Positions 1 to 28,439 of a stretch of DNA of 64,000 nt are shown here, piece after piece. This stretch comes from Ranitomeya imitator (lineage: Eukaryota), in the NCBI RefSeq assembly GCF_032444005.1, contig NC_091291.1, forward strand, positions 27,032,001 through 27,096,000, given 5' to 3'. Within the stretch, counting starts at the first letter, position 1; every line of letters starts with the position of its first letter. The notes beneath the pieces were generated by a model. It was not told the origin of the DNA. It saw only the letters and a program-made list of their open reading frames with translations, and did not search any database. Both the position numbers and the translations under genes were made by a program.

Positions 1-1181
1 CTTCCTCGAAGTGATCCACCGTGCCGAGGCTAAGAAGTAACTATACATTTTTCATTTATAGTCATCCTGTCCGGTGTTCTCAATATGCTTCTCGTTGCCT
101 CCTCTACTCAAATTAGCATTTCTTTCCTCCTGCTTCCAAAGTTCCCACTGCAGTGGCATGCAGAAAGTAGTGGCAAGTCTAAACTGTGCCTTCCCTCCTT
201 TCCTATCCTACAGAAGAGGAAAGGCAGATATTGCATGGTTTAGATCAGGAGCGGACAGACCATTGGGCAACCTGAGCAGTCGCACAGGGGCTCAAGACAA
301 AAAAGCCCACTTTCACCCTCAACGCAGCAAGCAGCTTCTGTCACAAACACATAAGAGGTCTGTGCACTGAAATCCTCTTCAGTCTATGTCCACCACTGAT
401 ATAGAGTTAGCGCTGCACTCCTCATTCCACTGAGGCACTTATCTTGGTAGCAGGAGGAACGGACTGCCGATGGGGCAAGAGGAGGGCACCAAGTAGGAAG
501 TCTATACATGAGAAATATATAGACACTTTTCAGTACCAGAAAGAAGCATGGCTTCAAACTGTGAGGCAGTGACAGATGTTATATGCGAGGGTCACTATGT
601 GTCCCCTAGGATGCACATAAAAGCGTATTGAGGCCGCTAGAGTGCATTGCAGTCACAGGCATAGCTGTGATTGCAGTGCAAAATGAAAGTCAGTTTGGTC
701 TTGGGAAAGCTCCTTGCCCAAGGCAGATTTAAGAAAACTCGGCATGGTCTTACAAGTGGCCCATGGCCACAGATTTCATTTAAAAACCCTGCAGCAAAGA
801 ATGGGGTGTGTCAGTTTTGGTTTGCAAACTTGCAGAGCAGGTGGCTGTGCAAGGCTCAGCCTGTGTGAAGTAACACGGAGCCAGGCGAAGCCAAAAGGTC
901 CGGCACCTCTCAGCGTAACATGGTGGTGCAGTCGCCAAAGGCAACCGGACTCAGATACGGACTGTCTTGATTCCCTACTGCGATCCGGAGGATACCATTT
1001 ATTTTCCATTTGTGAGTACGTTGGACATTAAAGAGACTTTATTTTGAACTTTCCTGTGGTCACTGCCTCTGTCACCCTGCACCAATCCTGCTGCACTACA
1101 AAACATATTTATAAAAGGACGTAACTTGGCATCGAAATGTAAAAAGTCACGCACTATACACAACCAAAATCTGTCACTCAC

Positions 1182-17706
<16,525 letters not shown>

Positions 17707-17810
17707 TCTGTGGTGGTAAGTGGCTACCTGGAAGCTTCTTCAGCTGATCCTGTTAGATTCCGTCAGTTATGATGGAAGATGCCGGAGCCTTGTAGGATCA
17801 CTCCTTTGGC

Positions 17811-17817
17811 TTATATA
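17811..17817 (-). promoter_or_regulatory. Candidate TATA box of the ATPase gene
   Basis: TATATAA on minus strand about 105 nt upstream of the exon-1 ATG, with no intervening ATG. Confidence 0.55.
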
Positions 17818-19334
17818 CTACGCAGCTCCTCCCTCTGTCACCACCTGGAGGTAATAAGTGCAGTCCATTCCGGATCTCGCTGCACCAGGTTTGCCCCCAG
17901 ATAAACCAGTATTTCTTTTTTTCTTTGAAAAACTATCAAGGTGCTGATAACAGAATTGCAGATCAGATAGATGGCCTTTACTAAGGATGTGAATCATCAT
18001 TAGTGCACAAGCTGGGTGCGGGTTTAGCTATGCAAATGATACTATTAAAATATTTCAGCTTCCACTATTCTGGGAAGATTTTTGCTGCATCCTTTGGAAT
18101 GTTTGCCCCGTCTTCCGTTCAGAGCATTTGTGAAGTCAGACAATGATGTCAGGGAGAGTCCGGGCTCACAGTTTCCTTTATAGTGCCCCCAATAGATGGA
18201 ATTCTGGTTCTGGCTTTGTGCAACCGGTCATGTTCTCACCCAACCATGTCTCTATGGATCAAGCTTTGCGACCCCAATGTTTATCAGAATGGAAGTTGTG
18301 TCCTGCTCCCTAGTTGTACATTTGTCTATGATCACCCAAGAAATATGAGGACTGTTCTCAGATATCAATTAAGTAGGAGCAGAAGTCCACATGCACATCC
18401 ATTAAAAGGATGAACAGAAGTCTCTAGTTTGGCAATCAATGGGGGTCTCATTATTCAGATGTCTGCTAATGGAGTTGTTATCTGCTTTCCTGTGGATAGG
18501 TAAATAAAGTACAAATTTAAAAAATGCCTATGAGCTATGATGGGCTCTATCAAATTCATCAGTAATACTATGTTCTTCTATGGAATTTGCCCAATAATAG
18601 TCATATACCAGAGCTGGGAAAAGTCCTTGGCTCTGGATGTTGCAGTCAAGTCCGAGGACTGAGATAGCTGAAGGGCTGCCAATAGTGGGCGACACCATGC
18701 CTTGCCTGCCGCAACCACCTGTTGTCAGTGCTATCTATCCTCAGGATACAGATATCGGTGCATCTTTTGGTGGATGATGGAGCCGTTGACTCCTTCATCT
18801 TCAAATCAGTGTGTGCAACTGAGCCAGCTAACGTGACAATGTTATTTCATCGTGTCAGCAGAGTCAGAGTTCATATAGAAGGTTATATGGTGTCATATTC
18901 TGTACATAGGGGGCTCATGCTGTGTATAGGGGCTATATGTGGGCTCATATTGTGTAAAACAGGCTATGTGGGGGCTCAAACTGTATATAGGGGCTTAATA
19001 GGAGCTCATTCTGCTTATAGGAGGCTGCGTGTGGGCTCATATTATATATAGGAGGCAAAGTAGTGGCTCACACTGTATATAGGAGCTGCCAGCTCCAGCA
19101 ATAAACACAGAACTCTTGGAGCATCAGGACCACCTGAGTTGATTATCAGCTGTGGGCCTTCAATGCCGCTGCGTCTTCATGGGTCACTACTAGTAATGAG
19201 CGAGTGTACTTGTTGCTCGGGTTTCCCGAGCACACTTGGGTGACCTCCGAGTATTTATGACTGCTCGGAGATTTAGTTTTCATCGTGGCAGCTGAATGAT
19301 TTACAGCTACTAGCCTGCTTGATTACATGTGTGG

Positions 19335-20580
19335 ATAATAATAATAATTTTTATTTATTTAGCGCCAACATATTCCGCAGCACTTTACAATTAAGCGGGG
19401 ACATGTACAGACAATAAATTTAATACAAGTTAAGACAATTTAAACAGTGAAGTTAGGAGTGAGGTCCCTGCTCGCAAGCTCAAAATCTACAAGGAAATGG
19501 GGGGGACACAATAGGTGAAAAGTGCTTGTTATTTCAGGTCTGGCAATTATAATAAATAGGGATTTTCATATAAAGCTGCATGATCCGGTCATCAGCCCGT
19601 GTGTTTAAGTGCAATAGTCAAGTATCAAGTGCAGTTATCGCGTGCATGGAGGGTGTGGAGACTGATGAATAGTAGGGTGCAGATTCAGAATAATATTTGA
19701 AGGAGGCAACAGGGCAAAGTTAGTTTACTGAGTAGTTGATGTGGTAGGCTTGCTGAAGAGATGAGTTTTTAAAGCGCGCTTGAATAGGTCGGGGCTAGGT
19801 ATCAGTCTGATCATCTGGGGAAGTGCATTCCAGAGAGCTGGCGCAGCAGGAGAGAAGTCTTGGAGATGGAGGTGCGAGGTTCGGATTATGGGAGATGTTA
19901 GTCTTAGGTCATTTGTAGAATGGAGGGCACGTGTAGGGCGAAAAACAGAGATGAGAGAGGAGATACAAGACAGTGCAGAACTGTGGAGAGCTTTGTGGGT
20001 GAGAGAGATGAGTATATACTGGATCCTGTAGTGAATGGGTAGCCAGTGTAATGACTGGCACAAGATGGAGGCATTGGTGAAGCGGCTGGACAGAAATATG
20101 ATCCTGGCTGCCGCATTCAAGATGGATTGGAGAAGAGAGTTGCAGTAGTCCAGACGAGAGTGAATCAGAGCGACAGTAGGAGTCTTAGCAGTTTCAAAGG
20201 TGAGAAAAGTTCAGATTCTGGAAATGTTTTTAAGATGCAGGTGATAAGAGCGAATGAGTGATCGGATATAGGGAATAAAGGAAAGTTCGGTGTCGAATAT
20301 GATCCCAAGGCAGCGGGCATGCTGCTTGGGAGTTATGGTTGAACCCTCCAGGGTAATTTCGATATTAGGTAGATTGAGGTTAGTAGAAGAGAGAAACACA
20401 AGAAGTTCAGTTTTGGAGAGAATTAGTTTCAGAGGACATGATGACAGCAGACAGACAATCCTTGGTAATTTGAATTAGGGTAGGGGTGATCTCAAGGGAA
20501 GAACTGTATCATTGGGTGTCGTCAGCATAGAGATGATGCTGGAACCCAAATCTGCTGATTGTTTGTCCAATAGGGGCAGT
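19335..20580 (-). mobile_element. 5'-truncated L2-type LINE
   Basis: YADD codons near 20525, RT C-terminal region (LHWLPIHYRIQY), conserved 3' end and (AAT)n tail at 19335. Confidence 0.85.
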
Positions 20581-20625
20581 AGACTTGTAATGCCCATACA
20601 CTAAGTGCATGGGCTGACAAACATT

Positions 20626-23112
20626 TCACCATGGGGGGTACATTTTTAAAAAATTATTGATGGATGATGATAGTAGCTCCTGTTCTTCCTCCTCTTCTTT
20701 CTCATTGTCAACCAATCCACGTTGGGACGACAAGAGGCTGGGCTGAGTGTCATCCCCCTGTGTGGTTCTTTGCTCCATGTCCTCATGCTCTGCCTGCAAT
20801 GCATCCTCTTTAATTGTGAGCAGAGAGGTTTTCAGAATGCTGAGAAGCAGCATGATAATGCTAATTATGGCGTCATCACCACTTACCATCTTGGTGCAGT
20901 CCTCAAAGTTTTGGAGGATGGTACATATGTCTGACATCCGTGTCCACTCCTGAGGTCTTATGTGTGGAGTCTGAACTGAATATCAACGGCCTTCTTGATG
21001 CTGGTAGTCAACAACTGCCCTATTCTGCTCACAAATCCTTTCCAACATATGCAGTGTAGAGTTCCAATGCAGTGAGACATCACACACCAGTCGGTGAGAC
21101 GGACGCTGCAACCGTTGCTGAAACACGGAAAGGGCAGCCGATGCTGTAGCTGACTTTCTAAAATGGGCAGACAGACAGCGTACTTTCACTAGCAGATCCA
21201 GCAGCTCTGGGTAGCTTTTCAGAACATGTTGAATGATGAGGTTAAGCACATGGGTGAGGCAAGGTATGTGTGTGAGCTCATCTTGCCTCAGAGCCACCAC
21301 CAGGTTTTGGCCATTGTCACACACAACCATGCCTGGCTGTAAGTTCAGCGGTGTCATCCAAATATCTGACTGCTCTTTCAGACCTGTCCACAACTCTCCA
21401 GCATTGTGCGGTTTGTCACCTAAGCAGATTAGCTTCAGCACAGCCTGTTGCCGCTTGGCTAGGCAGTGCTGCAGTGCTTCCAGCTTCTGACTGATGTGTT
21501 CATTTCAGAGATGGAGACTGAAGAGCAGGAGGAGGTGCAGGAGCTGCAGACTGTGGGGCAACCCTGATTGATGTAGGGCCCGCAATCCTCATGGGGAGGA
21601 TGTGTTCCAACCCAAGGTCCGACTGGGTCCCATCTTCCACTGTGTTAACCCAGTGTGCCGTCAGTGAGATGTACCATCTCGCCCACAAGCACTTGTCCAC
21701 GTGTCCGTGTTTCGGTGGACTTTCCCAGTGACAGCATTGTTGAGGACTCGGGTAATGTTGTGGGACATGTGCTGGTGTAATGCTGGTATGGCACACTGGG
21801 AGAAATAGTGGTGACTGGGGACCAAGTACCTTGGGACGGCTGCCACCATCAGGTTGCAGAGAGCTTCCGTCTCAACGAGCCTAAAAGATAACATTTTGAG
21901 CGCAAGCAGATGAGAAATGTTAGAATTTAGCACTGTGGCCTGTGGGGTGTTGGCTGGGTATTTCCGCTTGCGTTTCAATGACTGGGGTATAGACAACTGA
22001 AGGCTGCGCTGGGACAAGGACATGGACAGGCTTGATGATGGTGCTGGTTGACTGTTGGAACAACAGGTGCAGGGCCCAAGGCATCTTCACAGGTACGGTG
22101 AACTGGGGATTGGGTTGTATGCAAAACAGTGGAAGAAACAGTGGTGTCACCTGCAAACAGGATTCCTGGAGCTTGGGGTTCGGACAACAAAGTCATGTGC
22201 TTTTCTACCATGAGTCTAATCATGCTGGTGTTCAGGCTGGGAGTTTTGCTACCCCTGCTGATGGGGGCATGGCAGGTGCTGCAAATGGCCTGTTTGGGGT
22301 TATTGCCCGAGTCTTTAAAAATCAACCAGACTTGGGGGATCTAACAATTGGAATGGCAAATTCTGTCATGTTGGTGTTGCGAGAAACGGATGCACTCCTT
22401 CAGTCTGTGGCCACCACACTGCTTCTTCCTGCCTGTTGGGGTGATATGCCTCCTTCCCCATGTGTGCTGCTGTCCTCGCTCTGCATGTCCTCCTGCCAGG
22501 TTAGGTCAGTCACTATATCATCCACCACCTCGTCTTCTACATCTGCACCCTGCTCCTCCTCCTGACTTTCTGCCAATTGTGTCTCATCATCGTCCACCTC
22601 TTGTGACACTTTCACACCATTGCCTTCGTATGACCGTGGCTGTTCAAATCTTTGGGCATCGCTACATGCGATCTCATCTGGCTCCACTTCAAATTGACTG
22701 GCCGAGAGTCCGGAATCTTTAAAGATAAAACTGAACAACATTTTGGAGTGTCCAAGTGTGGGATCAGTTGTCTCAGGGCACTCGGCATGGTGAGAGGAAG
22801 GAGGATCAGGGTGAGTAATATCCGGTCCACACTCATGGCTACTCAGACTTGACCATGTGGAAGACATAGTGGTAGCTAAGTTACTGGAAGCATTATCCGC
22901 TATCCAACCAACAACCGTTTCACACTGCTCTGGCTTCAATAGTGGTGTGCTGCGATCCCCTAAAAAGTGGGACAGGAAGGTCAAGCGAGAAGATGTGGGT
23001 CTTTATTGTGGTCCACTTTCAGCTTGGCCACGGCCTCGTCCTCTGCATGCACCATCAGCATCACGCCCACTTCCCCGTCTTTTGCCCCTTGCCTTGCCCA
23101 TTTTCAATGGAC
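20626..23112 (-). pseudogene. Frameshifted hAT transposase related to the intact 54990 ORF
   Basis: Fragments PLLKPEQ, BED-like CSTC, VHRNTDTWTS, VVCDNGQN, CLTHVLNL, CDVSLHWNST. Confidence 0.9.
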
Positions 23113-23544
23113 TACCAAAATATTTTAAAAGCTTAATACAAATGGATTAACTGGGAGAAAACTTATATGTGATCAGTATGCCTGAAAAGCAAGATACACC
23201 GACGGGCATCTGACGGAGATAACAGACAGTTAAAATAGGTTTTTTTTTTGTTGTTTTTTTAAAATTAAAACACTAAATTATGAGTAGACCAAGGCTAGCA
23301 GACAAAGCAATGTATCATATGCCTGCAAAGCGAGGATTTTGACACCACAGATACACCAGGCGTCTGACGGAGATAACAGACCATTTAAATGTGTGGCCTT
23401 GTTTTTTTTAATACAAATGGATTAATTTGGTGAAAACTTATATGTGATCAGTATGCCTGGAAAGCAAGATACACCAAGCATTTGACGTAGATAACAGACA
23501 GTTAAAATATTTTTGTTGTTGTTTTTTTTTAAATAAACCACTAA

Positions 23545-24658
23545 ATAATAATAATAATAATAATAATAATAATTTTTATTTATATAGCGCCAACATATTC
23601 CGCAGCGCTTTACAAATTATAGAGGGGACTTGTACATACAATAGACATTACAGCATAACAGAAATACAGTTCAAAACAGATACCAAGAGGAGTGAGGGCC
23701 CTGCTCGTAAGCTTACAAACTATGAGGAAAAGGGGAGACACGAGAGGTGGATGGTAACAATTGCTATAGTTATTCGGACCAGCCATAGTGTAAGGCTTGG
23801 GTGTTCATGTAAAGCTGCATGAACCAGTTAATTAATTTTTTTTTTTTTTTTTTAATATAGGCCACACAGGGATCGTTAGGTTAATGCATTGAGGCGGTAG
23901 GCCAGTCTGAACAAATGAGTTTTTAGGGCACGCTTAAAACTGTGGGGATTGGGGATTAATCGTATTATCCTAGGTAGTGCATTCCAAAGAATCGGCGCAG
24001 CACGTGTAAAGTCTTGGAGACGGGAGTGGGAGGTTCTGATTATTGAGGATGCTAACCTGAGGTCATCAGCGGAGCGGAGGGCACGGGTAGGGTGGTAGAC
24101 TGAGACCAGAGAGGAGATGTAGGGTGGTGCTGAGCCATGGAGTGCTTTGTGGATGAGGGTAGTAGTTTTGTACTGGATTCTTGAGTGGATGGGTAACCAG
24201 TGTAATGACTGGCACAAGGTAGAGGCATCGGTGTAACGGTTGGTGAGGAATATGATCCTGGCAGCAGCATTCAGGACAGATTGGAGCGGGGAGAGTTTGG
24301 TAAGAGGGAGGCCGATTAGTAGAGAGTTACAATAGTCCAGACGAGAATGAATAAGTGAAACAGTAAGAGTTTTTGCAGAGTCGAAAGTAAGAAAAGGGCG
24401 AATTCTAGAAATGTTTTTGAGATGCAGGTAAGAAGAGCGAGCCAGTGATCGGATGTGGGGGGTGAATGAAAGGTCAGAATCAAGGATGACCCCAAGGCAG
24501 CGGGCATGTTGCTTTGGAGTAATGGTGGAACCGCAAACGGAGATGGCAATGTCAGGCAAAGGTAGGTTAGTAGAGGGAGAAAACACGAGGAGTTCAGTTT
24601 TTGACAGGTTTAGTTTCAGATAGAGGGAGGACATGATGCTAGAGACAGCGGTAAGACA
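23545..24658 (-). mobile_element. 5'-truncated L2-type LINE, young copy
   Basis: 252-aa open RT C-terminal segment (LKLNLSKTELL...LHWLPI...FKRALKTHLF), (AAT)n tail. Confidence 0.9.
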
Positions 24659-25814
24659 ATAATAAGTAGACCAAGGTTATCAGACAAAACAATGCAACGT
24701 ATGCATGCAAAGCAAGGATCTGGACACCACAGATACAACAGGCATCAGACTGAGATAATAGACTGATCAAAATGTGGCCTTGATTTTTTTGGGCCCACCA
24801 AAATTGTGTCAATAAGTAGGTTATGAAACTTAATAAAAAATTGGAGTACTAAAATTGTAAGAGATTTAGCACAATGATATGTGATGCATGTGGTGTACAA
24901 ATCACAGGGATAAATATAAGAACTGTAGCTAAACATTTTTGTGTCAACTACAGTTTTTTGGGGCAGCGAAATGGTGTCCAAAAATGTTGTAAGACACTGC
25001 AAAAAATTAAATAGTACCAAAAAAGGCCAGATTTTTCTGCGTACCCACATCTGATGTCTTGGACAAAAAAAAATTTAATTGTTAGATTTTCACGCTCTTA
25101 TTTCACAATGACCTGGCTGTAGCCTGCAGCATGACCAAGCAAATAAATGTAGAAAAAAGGGGGCTATGGATTGCTTTCTAATGAAATGAGCAGGTATGAG
25201 CAGCAAAAAAAAATTGCCACGGATACCTGCAGCTACGTATATATAAAATTTGCAGCAGTACACAGGAATGGAGCATTTTGAGGTATGCAGTGAGATCTAT
25301 AAACTCACATACAGTGCCTGCAGGTATTGCACTGATGTGTATATGTGCAAATAGACTCCCCTGCCTACCTAGCACTGCAAGCTATGTACCCCCGAATTAG
25401 CCTTAAAAGAGACTGTTGGTTTATCAGGATTTGTGGATAGAAGACTAGCAGACCCACACTATTATAAGAACGAATCTGACCCTATCTGAGCAGCAGCTCT
25501 CCCTACACTCGCTAAGTTCGGAGCAGAATGCGGCGAGCAGGACGGTGCCAGGTCTCTGTGCGGCCAGCCAATCACTGTAATACCACAACAAAGATGGCTG
25601 CGGTATTACTGTGCATGGCAGACAATCCCTGCATGCTGATTGGTGCTCTGAAGAGCGCCAGCATTAAAAGAAGGAGACCCGAGCTCCAGACGAATAATCA
25701 AGGAAACACTCAGTGCTCGCCGAGTACACCGAGCATAGTGATACTTGGGCGAGTACCGAGTAGTGGTGAGCACGTTCGGTCATCACTAATCAGTATTAAT
25801 TATCTATCACTTAC

Positions 25815-25949
25815 AATCTCTAGCTCCTTTTTCAAGTTTTCTACTTTCTTAGCATTTTTCTTTCCTTTAATCCCTGAGAATATATTATTCTTGGTTTTCT
25901 GTTTTTCTGGTTTTTCATTCATGGGGATGGAGTAAATGTCGGATGGCTC
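25815..25949 (-). pseudogene. Orphan duplicate of ATPase exon 2 (45 codons, open, splice sites intact)
   Basis: EPSDIYSIPMNEKPEKQKTKNNIFSGIKGKKNAKKVENLKKELEI. Flanking 25790-26380 matches intron 2/intron 1 sequence at about 15845-16410. Confidence 0.85.
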
Positions 25950-26382
25950 CTGTAGAAGGAAAAGGGACAAAGGATGGTAAAAAGTCTGGATATTACATTT
26001 ACAATCGCTCAGCATGATTATTGAACTGGTGTGCCTTAGGCTGACCACAATAAAAGGCCACTCTACAATATGCAGATTTACAGTTTTGGCGGGATCTGGG
26101 GAGGTCAGAAAACCAGTCAGTATCTGGTTTGATCACCATTTGCCTCACGCCCTGCAAAACATCTCCTTTGCATAGATTTGATCAGGTTGTTGATTGTGGC
26201 CTGTGGAATGTTTGTTCTCTCCTCTTCAATGGCTTTACGAAGATCTTGCATGGCAAGAAAATTGGTTCAGTGTTGTTCAGTGTATATATCTATATAGATG
26301 ATTTATACATATAATTTTTTTTCATATATGTGATCCTATAAAAATCCGTACTCAATAAAATAAATTGTAAGAAAATATATAC

Positions 26383-26446
26383 CCGTATATACTCGAGTAT
26401 AAGCCGACCCGAGTATAAGCCTAGGGTGGAAAATGCAGCAGCTACC
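26383..26446. mobile_element. Terminus of a Tc2/pogo-like non-autonomous element, interrupted by later insertions
   Basis: ta-ccgtatatactcgagtataagccg terminal motif. It also interrupts the duplicated ATPase intron 1. Confidence 0.5.
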
Positions 26447-27495
26447 TGCTGTATAAGCACTTCTACGGGTCAGTCAAGTGCTTATACAGCACGAAACGGC
26501 CCTGGTCTACACCTGCTCACTCTAGCTCCGTTACTCACTCTCCCGGCCATGGATTTTAAATGAAGATCTAATAAAGCAAGGTATTTTTTAACAGATCGGT
26601 GAGTGCCTTCCTTTTTCTTCTCATTAATATAAATATATATATATGTAGAAAAGGAAGATTGGAGGCAGCACACCGTTTTGTAGTGAAAAAGAGCTATCTA
26701 ATCAGCCCAGAAAGCGAAGTTTCGTTCCCAACAGGAACCTTTCTGAAGCCAATATATTTGTACTAGCTATTGAACCTGTTCTACCCCCTGGGTGGCAAGC
26801 ATTTCTATTGGTATATGGTCTCTGTTCTGGTATCTGCTGCTTCTATCCTGCGCCCCAATACTGTCATGTGCTGCTCCCATCCTGCTCCCCCATTCTGGCA
26901 TGTGTTGCACCTATTCTGCACCCCCATTCTGTCATGTGCTGTAGCGCGGATGTGTAACTTACAAAATGGCGCCTGAAGTGCGCTATACACATGCGCCATT
27001 TCCGACGGCGGATTCATGTCTCGGCCTCCAGCCTGAAGAGACCCAGTGGCAATACCTCATAGGTAAGTTGTTGTTCCGGAGATCACGGTATGCGATCAGT
27101 GCTTATGCATACCGCGATCTGTACCGCAATCTCCTCATCCCCGGATGCGCAACTCTGTGGGGTCCAGACTGCACAGGCGTGTCGCGTTTGTGCAGTCTAT
27201 AAAGGCTTCGGACAGAGTGACGCTCCTACCATTATGTTATAGATATATATATACTGTATACATATATATATACAGCAAATATAAAAGAAAATACGGCCAA
27301 AAGCCGCAGCTAGCTCACCAACCAGACCACCAGATGCAGAGCACGAGAGTCCGTCCTGACCGGAATGCCAAGCTATAGCAGACAACAGAAGATGAATGGG
27401 TACTCCAGCTCCGATAAAAGGTGAAAGTCTTTATTATTCCAAAATTAAAAAGGATAATCCAAAGCACACAGTGAACAAGTAGGCGAAAGCGACAG

Positions 27496-27544
27496 TCCCG
27501 GCTACGCGTTTCGATCCATAAGGATCTTACTCATGCCTTAGGGA
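27496..27544 (-). ncRNA. Minimal type I hammerhead ribozyme (A3-U8 variant) in the Penelope pLTR
   Basis: UCCC UAA GGC AUGAGUA A GAUCC UUAU GGAUC GAAA CGCG UA / GCC GGGA: helix I, core, helix II, palindromic helix III, GUA cleavage triplet. Confidence 0.8.
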
Positions 27545-27692
27545 AATCCGGATAGAGTGTTACACATATAATCATAATACAGAGTTCCAATTGAACATGT
27601 GATAAATCCGGAAAGGTCCTAAACATCTAAAACAAGGACATAAAATACTACAACAAAATAATACAAAAATTAAAGCAAAAACAATTAAAACA

Positions 27693-28439
27693 TCAACAAT
27701 AATGATATAGTATTTTGTTTCTTTTGTTTAATCCTGTGGGAAAACGAGTATTGAGACTATATATCCAAAACGCCTCTCTGGTGAGAAGACGTCTTTTAAT
27801 ATCTCCACCACGATTGTGCGGGTATACATTTTCAATACCATGTACTCTAAGGTCAGAAATATCGCCATTGTGTTTAGTACCAAAATGTCTTGATACCATG
27901 GAAATATTTTTATTGGGTATATTCCATTTATTCACATCTCTCAAGTGTTCGGTAACTCGCGTTTTCAATTTCCTCGAGGTACATCCTACATATGAAATCC
28001 CGCAGGCTACACAATCTATCTTGTAAACCACATTTTTAGTATGGCAATTGATGAAACTTTTAATATTATAACTATTCATATTGTCGGAATTCTGAAACGT
28101 GTTCCCCAACTGTGCGTGTGCATAGGTACTACACGCTGTTGTGCCACATTTGAAAAAACCCTTGCACTCAAGCCAAGTTCTGGATTTACAAATCGGAGAC
28201 TGGGAGTTGGAAGCAATAGAGTCTCCTATAGTTTGTGCCCTTCTGGCTACCACATTAACGCCATCCTTAAGAATATGCATGAGCGTGGAGTCCTCATAAA
28301 GAATAGGTAACCTCTTATTAATAATGTCTCTAATAAGATTAAATTGAGGACTAAATTGTAAAGAAACATATGGCTTATTATCATATTTGATGGTATGTAT
28401 TCTATTTTTCCTGTCAGAAGTCAATAAATCTTCTCTCAT
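27693..28439 (-). pseudogene. Penelope GIY-YIG endonuclease segment
   Basis: VVY..GISYVG..R.K.R..EH motif and terminal REAFWIYSLNT..P.GLN. Confidence 0.9.

Larger units (their letters stand above)
19191..25788 (-). mobile_element. Decayed autonomous hAT element carrying two LINE insertions
   Basis: Ends tagtaatgagcga / tcggtcatcacta, internal degenerate transposase, about 150-bp subterminal repeats near 23130-23550. TSD not matched. Confidence 0.75.

Noticed and set aside
1-1181. Short ORFs as the missing ATPase exons 21-23 or another gene
   Set aside because: No TM9/TM10-like peptide with suitable splice sites was found, and no recognisable domain. The exons probably lie outside the window.
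26447-26520. Hairpin followed by GAAACGGCC as a hammerhead
   Set aside because: A helix II-like stem is present but there is no acceptable NUGANNA core. It is probably a decayed or inverted pLTR piece.
26700-26760. Minus-strand GUUCC/GGAAC-GAAAC fold as a hammerhead
   Set aside because: The core reads UUCAGAA (G5 lost), and there is no palindromic helix III or clear cleavage triplet.
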